Shown: one piece after another, positions 1 to 13,317 of the stretch
Layout of the letters: every line of letters begins with the position of its first letter
Position numbering within the stretch: the stretch's first letter is position 1
NCBI GenBank assembly: GCA_051294905.1
Contig: CM119372.1
Span: 37,264,001-37,328,000, forward strand
DNA length: 64,000 nucleotides
Direction: 5' to 3'
DNA from: Botryllus schlosseri
Lineage: Eukaryota
Position numbers and translations under genes: made by a program
Notes under the pieces: model-generated
The model's input: only the letters and a program-made list of their open reading frames with translations
Databases searched by the model: none
Told to the model about the DNA's origin: nothing

Positions 1-319
1 ATGCGAACGTGAATGGCAAAAAGGTTGGCCAGCCGCTGGCCTACGGGGAACAGATCTAGTCGTAAAGCATTGGGATTCTTACTTAACCGAATTCCGTTTT
101 AATATATTTGACCACAAGAATTCCAAATGGATTCACTACAGAAATCATATACTGCACCTTAACATGGGCAGTTAATTTTCTGTTTCGCTGCCTTCGGCAG
201 CTCAACCTGGTAGTAATATTTTTGACCACCTTCGGCGCGCATAACTTATGTAGGTGGTACGCGAGTACTACATGAAACCTCGAAATGGTACGCGGGTGGA
301 AAAAGGTTGGGAACCACTG

Positions 320-1200
320 GAATAGAGTGTTGAAGAGTATCAAGAGCACGCTGACTGGTAGAGTGTAGCTAAGGCGGCGAAATAGACCACATACCTTCGA
401 TAGTTGAGGTTTGTTTGAGTGATTGTATGTGACTCTTCCAGGACATGTCCGAATCCAGTAAAACACCAAGGTATTGGGCATTTTTAGTGTTGGAAACTGG
501 TTGGCCAGCGATGTCAACGGTTAGGTTATCGCAAGAGTTCACGATCAATAATTGGGATTTCGCAGCGTTAACCCGAAGGCTATTATGGGACGTCCCCTCA
601 TGCACTTTGGGCATTTGATCACGGGTGACGGCATTCAAGCTTGCGGTAGTAGGTGCGTGAGATAGGAGGTGAGTATCGTCAGCGAAGAGTGTGGTATTCA
701 ATGATGAGGTTTCAAAGATATCATTCACATATAAAGTAAAGAGGACAGGTCCAAGAACAGAGCCTTGCGGAACACCACAGGTATCAAGGTGGGGGGAGGA
801 CAAAGTGTTGGATATCGACACCATTTAATATCTCCCAGTCAGGTAGCTTTTCATGAGCTCTAGTTGTGGACCCCGGAACCCGAAGCGCGCCAATTTCGAG
901 AGAAGAATACTGTGACCGACGCAGCCAAACGCTTTTTTTAGATAAAAAAGAAATGCTACATCCCACACTTCGTTTCTCCAAGATGTCATAGTAATGTTCA
1001 GCCACTGTTAGCAGGGCATGAGAGGCTTGGTGCTTTTTGCGGAAGCCGAATTGTTGTGGAGATGTGGACATCTTGGCGAGGAACGAAGATAGAGAGAGGA
1101 GCAATTTTTCGAACACAATTCCAATACACGGTAGGACAGATATAGGTCGGTAGTTGGTGACATTAGTTCTATCTCCGGCTTTGTAAACCCCCAGCAAACA
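320..1200 (-). mobile_element. Frameshifted non-LTR retrotransposon (CR1/L2/Jockey-group) reverse transcriptase fragment
   Basis: ORFs 784-1230 and 369-824 carry RT motifs YKAGD..NYRPISVLP, QFGFRKKH, GVPQGSVLGPVLFTLYVND, FADDT, YLGV.LD; several frameshifts; cut at 319 by a MITE end (GGTTGGGAACCACTG). Confidence 0.9.
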
Positions 1201-2601
1201 CAAAACCGTAAAAGGATCATCCGGGATCATCTCGATTAGGTTCTGATTTTCTAAGTGTCGAGGGAATGTCTAAAATACGTAGCAGGATGGTCTTGTGGTT
1301 ATATTCAATCAGAATAAATTCATACTCGGTGTTGTTCCATCTCATGTATTAGGCTTCGTTATATCCGGTAGTTAACCTAATAATGCAAATTTTCTATCTC
1401 TCGCTGGTATGACTAAAATACGTAGAAAGGATGACTTTGTCGGTACATTCAATCACTATGAATTCCCATCCGGTTTTGTTCGATCTCATGCAGTAGCTTC
1501 GTTCTATCCATTAGAAAACAATGTTCTCCCTTCGTTTCATTGCGTGAGGATGTCACCGGTGTTGTATATTCGTGTTGTTGCTCTAAGGTCGAACAGTTTT
1601 GTTTTCTTCTGATATATATGATCTTCATTATATATATATTCGCTCTTTCGGTAATCTCGCATGTTCAACGAGTATGGCTAATAGTTTTATTCAGAGAATA
1701 ACTAAATAAGTGAGATGTAGGTTTAGGAATATGATTATCCATGCGTGACTTCTAGAATATTTCGGCGATTCAAATTTTACGTCATCGCGCCGGACGAAGA
1801 TTTGACGCGCAACAGGTCGCAGCCAGGCATAGTTCGCTCTTTCTGTATGGTAAATATATAGGAATTGTGACTGACTGAGGTAGCGGGTTAAAGGTATATA
1901 CGCAGTAGCATATAGCTTATGGGGTATTTCGAATTGCCTGTAGTATATGACGCCTAGAGCTGTTTGACTTTCTGCAAAACTGGTGTAGACAACTATAGAA
2001 AAGTTTCAGCTTTTCCAGGCTAGAATTAGAGCTAAACCGTTTTTTTCCGAATTAGATTACAATTATATTGCTGGCATTTCGCTCTAATTTAGTGAAATTA
2101 GACCACTATAATTATCTAGTTGTCCAAGTCGCTTCAAACATCTGAATTACCGGTACCTATACCTACTGTATATCATAATATTTATGCTTGAATTTTCTAG
2201 GTATATAAGTCATATAGATACATACCTGTAGAACACTGATTCGTGATTTTATAAAAGTTGGAGCAAGAATGGACATTTTCAACTTGATGTTGATTAATGG
2301 AGCAAAATTTGATATTTGAGTGCAATTATACCTCGAATCCAGTGACAAGATTATGAATCGTTGAAACCAAACGCAGCTTGTTTATGTTGGCCCAGAGAAT
2401 TTGGCTAGCCAGACCATATTGATAGAATATGGTCACAGTAAGATAATATTTTGGGCTAATTTACATGAACTTTCCAACATTTGATTTGATATGTCCGCTA
2501 AAACAGTTGTTATTCTGCTTTCGAATAAGACCTAAATTGCTGATTTCAATAGTAACTGTGTGTGTCAAAGGCTGTAAAGGTAATTTCTTTTCCATGTTAG
2601 A

Positions 2602-3747
2602 TGTTTGTTTGTTTGTTTGTGGTGTTCATGGTGGTGGTTCGACTACACTGGTCATTTTACACCAGGCCGGTTCTTATTATTATCATTCCATATCTGCCCG
2701 ATTACCAGTGAACTCGGCACTTAGTGAATTCGGCCGCACAAACTCGGCACTTGGTGAATTCGGCCGTGGTAGATCTGGTAGCGGTACCGGTCGCCATGAT
2801 TGGTTACTGGAATTTTTGCCGGTGAACTTGGCACTTTGAGTGGTTGTCAATGTTGTACGGGGGTCAGGACATGCGTAGATCACACAGTCACGGCATGATT
2901 AGATCACAGATTGCGTAATCGCGGGAAATAACGCGACGCTCTTCACTTGGTGAACTCGGCCCTTGGAGGAATTGGCACTAGAACACCTTCGCATTAGAAA
3001 TGCATTTAATATGAATGAACAGTATCAAAAAGGAAATTTAAACGTGTCGTGGCTCGCGGTAGATCTCGTAATCTTGGGATCCTTCAACCCTGTTATCGAG
3101 ACACCCTAACCCCAGAGTGGAATCGTCTCTCCAAAGGCAAAAAATAATTTATTTTGACGTGATCATGCGAAACATTTGTTGATGAGGAACACTGGCTTGT
3201 CGTGATCGATAAACGGAGAAGCGCCGCTTGATCTTCCACAGTTTCGATCTCACATACAACGCCAAGATCCATCTTCTCAAAACTTACACGACACAGGCCC
3301 GTCACTCACGCCATCGATTCCAAGCAGATCGCGCGTGGTCGGTATATGAGCGCTGCGTTATTTCCCGCGGCTACGCAATCCGTGATCTAATCACGCCGTG
3401 ACTGCGTGATCTACGGATGCCCTGACCTCCTTACAAGATTGACGAATCACTTGATAATACTATTATTAGTTTAATAATTCATATTAATAGCTGTTAATAC
3501 ACTTCATTACAAAATTTCCCGAGGGCCGAATTCACCAAGTGCCGAGTTCATCGGCAACCATCTGCCCACTTATAGCACGGCCCACTCCTAGGCTTTTTAA
3601 GAAATGGATATGCGGATCAGATGGCGAGGAGGAGCCTAGATAAACGGCCAACACTTCGGTAGGAATTATGGAGTCGACGTGTCAGGCTCGAACCCGCAAT
3701 TCATTGGTGTTTAGCTATAATGGAGGGTACCACTACGTTACCTCGCC
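2602..3747 (-). mobile_element. tRNA-derived SINE, interrupted by the 2700-3559 element
   Basis: Minus strand starts GGCGAGGTAACGTAGTGG (A-box-like), has GGTTCGAGCC (B box, 3685-3694) and ends in a (CAAA)n tail at 2602-2620; body recurs at about 10290-10690, 12240-13365 and 63143-63262. Confidence 0.7.
2700..3559. mobile_element. Non-autonomous foldback TIR element (Mutator-like assignment tentative)
   Basis: About 36-bp imperfect TIRs (GATTACCAGTGAACTCGGCACTTAGTGAATTCGGCC), perfect 8-bp TSD ATCTGCCC (2692-2699/3560-3567), repeated GTGAAYTCGGC motifs, inner inverted repeat about 2838-2940/3348-3452. Confidence 0.75.
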
Positions 3748-4189
3748 ATACCTTGTAAAATGGGACCGTAGCATTTGGCATTTCGTGTGGCAATTGACTT
3801 TTGTGTGGAAAATTGTGTTCGTTTTAGAACTTATCCGAAACTTTCATCCCGCCATAGATTGTATATGATAAAACGAAGCCACTCACCACAAAGGAGGATT
3901 TAAGAAGTTTGATGACATATTGAATGAAAGCAAAAGCCTTTGCAAGATATGTGGTATGTTGAATCTGTTTTGTTATTTTCAAATGCTTGCCGATAGCAGA
4001 CGGTATATATAAACGTAAGATGTGTGGAAGCTATCAAGGTGTTATGTTTATTATTTTTAGAAATTCAGTCAGTCAAAGTGGACGATCGTATTGCTTGGAT
4101 TATATTTACGCTTATTTTAGCATCTTGGAGATGCAACTCTGAACGTGGACGGTCATGAACAGTCAACTAATTCTGTTCCTATATTGACA

Positions 4190-4350
4190 TATCAGACATT
4201 TGCACTCGTACCGTTGGCGGCGACAATATTGGTCAGTCAGCAAAAAGCATCATGAAGAAGGTTGCCAGTCTGGTGAAATTATAGCAGAGTCGGAAAGAAT
4301 GGGAAATACGCTTTCATCAACCTCCATTTGAACAAGATCACATATAGTAA
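4190..4350 (+). pseudogene. Decayed exon encoding a DUF4806-like domain (probable transposon accessory gene)
   Basis: Translates VGGDNIGQSAKSIMKKVA (frameshift) NYSRVGKNGKYAFINLHLNKITY followed by a GTAAG donor; matches the GG..IM..YS..G..GK..F..L pattern I associate with DUF4806. Confidence 0.45.
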
Positions 4351-4430
4351 GAGACATTCATGATATGCTGCAAATGTCACTGTGTTCTTTGTCTAGTCAC
4401 CCCACTCATGTAACTATTGAGGCTTCATGC

Positions 4431-4917
4431 CAGAGTTGTGACCAAGTCACAAGGCTCAGAGTCACAAGTCAATCTCACTTTTATAGTTTTGACTCGAGTC
4501 ATTTTCAATTCACCACCGAGTCAAGTCCGAGTCCAAGTCAGCGAGCAGAGGGCCGAGTCCGAGTTATGGTATTATGACTCGAGCCAGAGTCATTGTGTTA
4601 GCTGCTCAGTTTCCAATTTAAGTCTTGTTAAACCAACTTTTGATATATTTTTTGTGATATCGAGTGGGTCGCATTTATAATATACTAATTTTCCTTACTT
4701 TTAGCAGTTTCTGGCCGCATTTTCAAATACCAGTATCAATAGACGAAATCCCAATAGCGATTTGCTGTACTATTCTTTGAAATAATCATGAAATGTCGGT
4801 CTTGGCCGTCTGAGTCTCAAGTCATGCGCAATGAGTCGAGTCATTTCAGTACTTTGAGAAGATGACCTGAGTCAAATCGAGTCAACAGAAAATCCTGACT
4901 CGAGTCTTACAACCCTG
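4431..4917. mobile_element. hAT-type MITE, family B (GAGTC subterminal repeats)
   Basis: TIRs CAGAGTTGTGA / TTACAACCCTG; perfect 8-bp TSD CTTCATGC; second copy at 15352-16763. Confidence 0.9.
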
Positions 4918-6068
4918 CTTCATGCAATGAGCATTTACTTTGAAGATAAATAGTAATTAAATAACTGGTTGGTGGTACAAAATTTTAATACTGCTTTCAA
5001 AAGTACCTTCATGATAAACGTTATTGAAACCCGAAGAACTTTTCGCGTTCCTATTAAAGAGCTACCGGCACCATAAAGGAAGCAAAACAGAGTTGAATTC
5101 AAAACCAGATGGAGAATTATGACGCATTAATGTCGAATTTAGAAATAACGTCAATGGAGCCAGAACACAGCAACAATGCAGTGCATGACAACGGCTGCGT
5201 AAAACAGTATGACAGCGTGACACAATTCTTTAATTATTTATTATAGTGGTGCCCACCGTAAATACTATTTTATTCAAATCCGAATTTTTCGATGGCAATA
5301 ACTCCGCTTCCACTTGTTTGAATTTTTTCTAATTATTTTTATATAATAAATAGAAACTTTCTTTTCCTGTAGCAATGCGGCTACTGGTTGGAATTGAACC
5401 AAATTTGGTGTGTAGGCTTGAATTAGGTAACCTAACAATTTTATCAAGTAGCAAAAACGATTTGAGAAAAAAAGTCATTTTTAAGAGCCCTAATGTCCAT
5501 GTCAGAGAAACGTTTTAGGGTAGGCCTACTCACATGTCTCGCAGCGTTCTCTACATAATTGTCAATTGCGTTACAAACTGTTCGCTTGTATTGGTTAAGC
5601 CATCCAACTTCGAATTGTAAAATGTTGGGAGTCTTGATATCAAATTTTTGAAAGGTGCACTTTGAGAAGATTTCGGAATCTGCCAAATTATACCACAAAA
5701 TTTAGCAAATTCTTTGACATATTTCATCCATTTGGGACTCGATCAACGTAAAAGAATTAGTAATTATTTAAACAATATATTGTATTTGTAGTTGAAGTAT
5801 AGTAATAATTCTTATGGTTGCCGCACTTGTAACGATTCACGGCCATAACTGGAATAATTAGAATGATGTAACTTTCAAATTGTCATGCATTTTGCAACAA
5901 CATTGTTCTCAATTTTCAAGGTGCTGACCATTGGAGGAAGAATCACCCGTAAGCCGGGAATTCACAATCCGTAAACGCGGCCGACTGTTTCTCTCCTCAA
6001 AAGGAAGGAAGAGAAAAAGGGAGCAGAAATAACAAGAGTGTGACAAGTCGCGTTCATTCGCTTTAATG

Positions 6069-7406
6069 CAGTGGTTCTCAACCTTTTTTGACACGCGCCC
6101 CCCTTGGAGATGGTCAAAAAACTCGCGCCTCCCTGACCCCCCTTGCATTTATCGTCATGTCAAAAAGAGCACATCATCTAATACAGAGGTGGGCAACGTT
6201 TTTGATAATCATGACCGCATTTCGATTGCTTATGTAGCGTAAGGCCGCATTCCTGGGCATAGCCGCAATGAACGATCTGGACGCAAAATTCCTACGGTAA
6301 ACTGTCCATATCCATTCCCGGTGAACTCCGGACTATTCTACTTGTCACAACGGCCTATTGTACGCACCGAAATCGCGAGTGGCAATGTTATGAATAGTTG
6401 CCGGGAGGTGCATATTGTCGCGTGGAGCGCGAAAATTTTTCAGGGCCGCGAACGAATTGCTATTTCTTGCCAATTCCCATTCCGGCTCAGATTAAGAAGG
6501 GCGCTACTGCATTAAAATAGAAAAATGAAGTCTTGTTGAATTGCGCGGAGGGCGAAGAAAATTTCAAGATTAATTAAAATCTCTCGAAAATGCGGGAGTG
6601 AATTCGTAATTGCAATTTGCATGTCTACGGCCGCCAACACATACTAATTGAATTAGGCGTCGACGGCCGCTCAAAATCCCTTCTACGGCTGCAGGCTGCC
6701 CACCCCTGATCTAATAGTATACATAAGGTATATCTTACGCCAATTTTGAATCTGCATTCCAGTTGTTGAGTCTTTTACATTGCTGACAAATTTCTTCAAA
6801 TTTGTTTGAAAATAACAAAAAACATTGAACAAGACATCCATTAATTAATTTCAATGTAGGTCACCCTGAGACTAATCCTGTTGCTGGTAGTGAGTACAGA
6901 GAGCAAGGCGTCGTTCTGTCCTGCCAGGCTAAATTTGATCAGTTTTCGAAATGAATTAATTGTGTTGATTTATAGCCTAATTGAGGGCGAAACCGGGCAA
7001 CCTATGTTGCATCTAAGTCTGTCTTAGGCAGTGCAGTTCGCAAGCTACTAACAAGAGCTGCCCAGCGCGACAGGCTTCAGGCTACTGTCAAAGCTATGAA
7101 GCAACGAATGACTTACACGTGGGAATTGCTCTCTATATCTCCAAATAATTTCAAAAATTTGCTCAAATGAAGTTGAAATCAGACTATACTCAGTTGAGCG
7201 CTGTTGCTAGAGTTTGTATTTTGCAAGCTTTCTTGAATATGGAATAAATTTCATCTTCATTAATCGTCTTCTCATAATGGATGTGAAACGCATGTTCAGA
7301 CACGTACAATTTATACTGACAATTTCTCGCGCCCCCCCTATACTGACTTTGTCAATTTCTCGCGCCCCCCTGAGAGCCTCCCGCGCCCCCAGGTTGAGAA
7401 CCCCTG
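6069..7406. mobile_element. hAT (Buster/Charlie-type) non-autonomous element
   Basis: TIRs CAGTGGTTCTCAACC / GGTTGAGAACCCCTG; perfect TSD CTTTAATG; CGCGCCCC subterminal motifs. Confidence 0.9.
6184..6708. mobile_element. Nested hAT MITE
   Basis: TIRs CAGAGGTGGGCAAC / GCTGCCCACCCCTG; perfect TSD ATCTAATA; homologous, inverted, to 61831-62583. Confidence 0.88.
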
Positions 7407-8961
7407 CTTTAATGCGTATTTCCATCCGCGAAGCGCGAAGTAGTAAGTGGGAAAACTAATGGGCGTTGGATTAGCACTTTATAAGGTTGACTCCAGCGCT
7501 GTATTTGCTAAATGTTGCGGTGAAATAGGGGTGGTGTCATTTGGTATCAATATTGACTATTAAAAGACCATTTGTTAGTGGTCATGGATTTGTTCGGCCA
7601 GTATGCAGTAATTTCTGATGGTCACTTCCCGGGCTTCTGTTCTCTAACCCCTCATGATTGTTATTCTGCTTCTAGTAAGACTGTCGATTCTAATGTTTTA
7701 TCGTATCATTTGTCGGAGGTTTCGCTCGCTTTTTTTAAAACGTTTTGCTCTCTGCTAGGTCAATTACTGGCTGAATATCACTACAGCCTAAGAAACTGCA
7801 CTAATTATCATTGTAATGTCTTGCTGGTTATCTTGCTGTCAATTCTAATAATTTGGTAATGTCTATACCAGTGCCGCCACTCAAATGTTTTGTTCTCTGT
7901 ACACAATATTGTTAGGTCTTCAGCTTTCCAGGCAGAGTGTCATTCCACTTTCTAGACTTGAGTATATATCTCTCCAACTAGCTGCCAAATAACTGATTCA
8001 TTTGGATTGTTGAATTGATCATTTTTGACAGAATGTGAAGAAATTTTAGTCAATAATTCTTTTTGTGTTAGTGGCTGTTTTCAAAGATTGCTGAAGTAGT
8101 CATCGTTGAACTTGATAATCAAGTAGAAGTGGCGATTGAAGTCGGTTCTCTAGTCATATAATAATAAAAAATATAATAATAAAAACTTGAAAACTTGAGT
8201 GGAAATAGTCCAGAATCAAATCCATTTTAGTAAGTATGGGTGAAAAAAATGTAGGAGTCATTCGTTATTCGCTACCTCTGCCATTTTCGCAGTACGAATG
8301 TCTTAGCTAACAATCGTCATTTTCATTTTATTTCTACAGGGTGTTGAAAAGAAAACGCCAGAGGGATTATCATCATCAGACGATGAAACCTTCTGATTAC
8401 TGACTGTTCTCATAGTTTCAGTTCGTTTCATTTTTTACACCGACATTATTTACTTGCCAATTCCTTTTGAATTAAATTACCGCAAATGTGATTAATATGT
8501 AGTAGATAATGTGGTGTGTGTGTGTGTACGCAGCCGTGATCAGGTTATGCCCAGTGGCAGAAAACAGGTTATTATATCAGGATATTCCTTTAATGTAGGA
8601 TCTACATTCTACTCACCATGTTTAAAGGCTGTAGCATCTGCATAATATTTACATTATTGAAGGACATGGAAAAGACATTGAATTGAGTCGACACAAAATC
8701 CCCCTTTCTACGACCTGCCGAGATCTAATATCTACTATATCGGGCTCGGCTTTCTACATCTTTGGTCTGTACTGTGTTTACTGGGCCGGGACAACTCTGG
8801 CAGTTTTCAGATAATTCGGGTCGACACCATTTTCTATCATGAAATTGAAAAAATGGGCAATGAGATGGCCGATGTGTGGGCTAATCAGTTTTAAAAACCA
8901 TTTTAATGTTAGTGTAATCAAAACTTCCGGCAGAGCCTACTCCAATATAATCTACCCAGAA

Positions 8962-9390
8962 GAATTTCTTTGAGGTACCGAATTTCAATACACAATTGAA
9001 TAGAATATTCGCATGAAGTGAACCCGAATATGTTCGGCTGACACTCGTCAGGGGTAATCGTCACTAATTAGTAGAGAATTGAAAAGAACATTGTATATCA
9101 ACAATCGTATCACAAAATATGACGGCCCCGGAATATAATTTTGAATATCCGGGGTGAAGAGATAAAAGACGCCAACCAAATCTGTGCCTGTACCATCCTT
9201 AAATAGTCCATTAAGCTTATGCGCTCTCTTCGTCCCCATTATTCGGAATTCCATCCGGTGACGTCATATTTTGCGCTACGGTTTGATGTACAATGTTCTT
9301 TCCAATTCTACTAGTTGCTGACGATTACTCCTGACGAGTGTCAGCCAAAAATATTTGGATTCATTTCAATGCAAATATTCTGTTCAATTG
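8962..9390. mobile_element. Penelope-like element: inverted pair of pLTR fragments
   Basis: Same pLTR as the 37-kb GIY-YIG copy, present in both orientations; degenerate 14-bp TSD TAATCTACCCAGAA/TAATCTACTCTGCA; two mutated hammerhead cores (9022-9055 -, 9327-9360 +). Confidence 0.8.
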
Positions 9391-9808
9391 TAATCTACTC
9401 TGCAAAATGAAAAGGCCTGTCCCTGTCGCGAAATAGAAAGATTACGCATGAAGATGGGCTACTCGGTAACAATTACTATCGATCAAACCTTTATAGTTAT
9501 TTGGTTGTCATCAATTCTCCACTGCAACGAATACCCGCCAGAAAGTGTCCGCTGGTATTGACTGACGAAGGAGCAACTCTGCGTTGACACAGACCCTGCG
9601 ATACAGGCTATGGTACAGATTACGAGGAAAATCATGTTGTCTCAAACGTTTCATTGACCTTATTATCGAATGGTTTCCAAGTTTTATGCTGTGTACCAAA
9701 TCCATTTCAGCCTCAGGCAATATTAAATTCATTTAATAGAAAATAAGTTACGGATACCAGCTTTCATAATTCGACACTTACATAATATAGTTTTTGTTGG
9801 CTCCAACT

Positions 9809-11110
9809 TAGTGACGTGCATCGAGATTCATGGCTGGTGAGGCACTGACCCTCTCCCCCCCCCACACACACACGAACACGTAAAGTACACACACACATAA
9901 ATATGTGAATAACAACAGCAGCAAGAGAAGGGGATAAGCGAGAGCGTTTTCTATGCACCCTGTTAGCCGTTGCAATTCTACACTCTACAGTACATATTCA
10001 TTTTTTCCATTAGTGAATTGTCCACAGTTATTTACTACAGATTGCATAACGAAAAGAATGAAACGAAAAACATAAATATATTTTATTCAAGGTATTAATT
10101 TCGCGGTTTTATATTCTTTATTACCCTTTGCTCCTCCAATCTCCTCTTTTACAAGTTTGAAATGGACACTGCATTTTATTGGGGATGCAGATTTCCTCGG
10201 ATAAAGGTTCGCAAATATATAAAACCTACAAGGTTAGGTGATTGAGTTGGCGTCCTGTTTCTTGATACATTAGCCGTATTCACGCGCCGTTCATCTAGGC
10301 TAGGCTACTCCTCGCCATCTGTTCCGTATATTTATTTCAATTCAATTCAATTCAATGCTACTATTTTCATCATTTCAATACACCACAAGACTGCGATACA
10401 ATGAAAGATATAGGAAGTTGTCGAAACGACTTGAAGTAGTCTCCGAAATCAGACACTCACCTGGCCTAGGCGATGTAAAAAGGTGACATGCACACTGAAT
10501 GAAAAATAAATGAAGATAATGTAAAAGAACAGGCAACAAAAAAAGGTGGCATGTGTCTTACAAAAATGTAGAAGTGAGCCATGCTACAAGTCGGCAGATA
10601 TGAAATCAAACGTAGAATTTCGACCTAGTGTAAATAACTATTGCAGTCGAAAACACGGTAAAGGCCACAAATAACGACAACGCAGGCTATGCAAGTATAT
10701 CTGACACATACCACAATTTAACGTAGCTATGGATGGAAAATACATAACAGCTACATTAGTAAGGGAATGTATTTGCTCCGCAGTACGTATTGGTCATCGC
10801 TACTAGATAACTCATACAACAGTGTCGGTTTCCGAAATCGATAACGCGTGTCACCGTGCTGCGATTGTCCGATTATCAGCAAATATAGTGAGCGAGGCAG
10901 ATTCAATCACCTGGCTATTGTTTCTCTGCGCTGCCATTGTACCTAAGAAAGCCGAATTTCATTTCACGGTGATTTTGAGGAAGTGTCAGTGCTCTAAGAT
11001 GGCTATACAGCTCTTGTGAAAATGCACGGCTCCAGATCCTTGCGCCGGCTCCAGATCCAAGCCATGGCATTGACACAGTCGGTAAATTTGAGGTGAGATT
11101 CTCATATTCA
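9809..11110. mobile_element. Truncated copy of family C hAT MITE, containing SINE sequence and a (TTGAA)n-tailed retro-fragment
   Basis: Begins AGTGACGTGCA..CATGGCTGGTGAGGCAC, colinear with 26085-27291; right TIR not found. Confidence 0.7.
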
Positions 11111-12369
11111 ATCTCGGTACATTGACATGAGCACTGAGCATTCTTAATCACGGTTGTTAGGTGACAGTGACAGCACTATAGCAATACACCGGTACCTGAC
11201 TCTTTATTGCGAGAATACGAATTATGTAAATTGTTAATTATGACACAAGGAAAATCGTATACGCAACTAAAAACTGATTGAATGTGTATGTCTTGAAAAG
11301 AAAAGCAGAAGTATTGATCACGAACACGAAGTAAAATCTACGAATTTCAAACTATTTTAAGAATGTTCGCAACTTCAGAATATTAATTTAGATACAGTAT
11401 GTTGTCACATAACGTCCCATTGTACCTGGAACCAGATCACATACAGCAGAGGAGTCAAACACATGACCAACGAGCCGGACCCCGCCCGCGAAGCAATACC
11501 GAGTAATTAAAAAAAAATGCTTGTATTGCCCAGCAAATTTCCGTCAAAAGTTGACATTGTGATGAGAAATACTTTCACGCAAATGAGCCACGAAGACAGC
11601 AAATGTCAAACATGTCATGTGCCACACCACAGTCGACCGACGGCAATATTTTCACTCTGGTAACATGAGTAACAACTCTGTGATATCGATACCAACAAGG
11701 TTAAAAGTACACACACTGTTCAGTGTTTTCAGGAAACATGGACCAAACGATAGATTCCCACAGCAGCGTAACGCCAATGCCAAACCGCTTCATGCAAGTG
11801 GCTTAAGTGCTCGAAGAATATAGTGCATATATATCCGCAACCGCTCTGCCATATAAATTTACCATCAAATATGCGCCTTCAATGTATGTCTGATGCTGTA
11901 AAAAAACTTCTTCTCGCCTCCCCGATCGTCTAGTGCAGTGCTTCTCAACCGGCGCCGCCACAAGCCACGTTGCCGTGCTCACAATAATTCGTGAGTCTGA
12001 TTTTCGTATCACAGTCACATTGATTGGAGCGTGAAATCCGACAGTGTGTTATTGTGTATGCGTGAGATTGAAATTAATTCTTTCCTCAAAAGTCTTTGTG
12101 AACGTTAATCGGGAAATGCATCAATCCAGCTTGATTTGTCGTTATCATCAGCAAACAATTGCGGCAACGCAAGCTCCTCATAACCCCTTCGTGCTTGGTA
12201 ATAAAAATAGACGAATTGGTGGTTGGATACGCGCTCTCTCGTCTGTTGTTGTTAGTGGTATTTATTGTAATTTTGTACTACAACGGTCATTTACACCAGG
12301 CCGATATTTTTATTATGATTGCGTCTGAGCACGGTCCACTTTCAGACGTTTTTAAAAGACCACTTAAGC

Positions 12370-13317
12370 CAGTGGTTCCCAACCTTTTAACGCCCACGTA
12401 CCATTCCGAGGTTTTATGCAGTGCTCGCGTACCACCTACATAAGTTATGCGCATCGAAGGCAATCAAAAATGTATTCGTCATTTATGACGTCATAATGAC
12501 GTATTTGACCTATGCGAGGCGTAATAGCAAATTCTATTAAACTAGGCTTTACCAGCCAGGGTTGATAGGAAGCATGGACTTGTTTTTTCTCCACCAGTCA
12601 CAAGAAGAAGAATATAATGAAAAAACAGCAAACAACAAACGTCAATTTATTTAATGCGATGACTGCATTTGTTTATTTTCCACTAGCTCAGCGGTGCTCA
12701 AATTTTTTTAGACACACCCTTTTTCTAAGTGAAAAAGTTTGCGTCCCCCTTATCGTCATATCGCAAAATGCAACAAGAATGCTAGCAATCCTAGCGAATA
12801 ATTTGATGGCATGGAAGGTTATGACAGTTGATAAGGGAATTCAAAAATATGCAATCAGGACGATACACAGAGCAGAAATAATGAAATGGAGGTAAATCGC
12901 GCTTAGCGCGAATTTTTTTTCAGTTAGCTGCAGCTTCGCGCCACCCTACAGTGCTTTCACGGCCCCAAGTTTGAGAACCACTGTTCTAGCTGGTCGATCC
13001 GTGGCATATGTTTGCTCACAGCGCATCGAAAGTAATGCATTGGCGCAACAAGTCGGTTTCGTTTCGACGACTTGATAGTCATCAGAGATGAAAATCCTTG
13101 ATCGCACTCCCACATAGACGAGAAAATTTGCGGCTGGGGAATAGCGTGATAAGCTAGAGTCGAGTACGAGGTGACCATTCTAAGCCTGAAGTTTATTGGA
13201 GAACAATCTTTGTGTTCAACCCCACCTGAACTAATAACTCCCTTCGGTCGAAAAAAAATAGAATCCACTCGCGTACCACCTGGAACACCTTCGCGTACCA
13301 CAGGTTGAAAACCACTG
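12370..13317 (-). mobile_element. Buster/Charlie hAT deletion derivative with transposase C-terminus, inserted in a SINE copy
   Basis: TIRs CAGTGGTTCCCAACC / GGTTGAAAACCACTG; perfect TSD ACTTAAGC; minus strand encodes FSSMWECDQGFSSLMTIKSSKRNRL..RCAVSKHMPRIDQL|VENKQMQSSH*, split by a nested MITE at 12689-12983 (TSD CACTAGCT/TTCTAGCT). Confidence 0.9.

Noticed and set aside
3675..3747. Functional tRNA gene
   Set aside because: Only A/B boxes remain, there is no convincing cloverleaf, and it is fused to a repeated SINE body.
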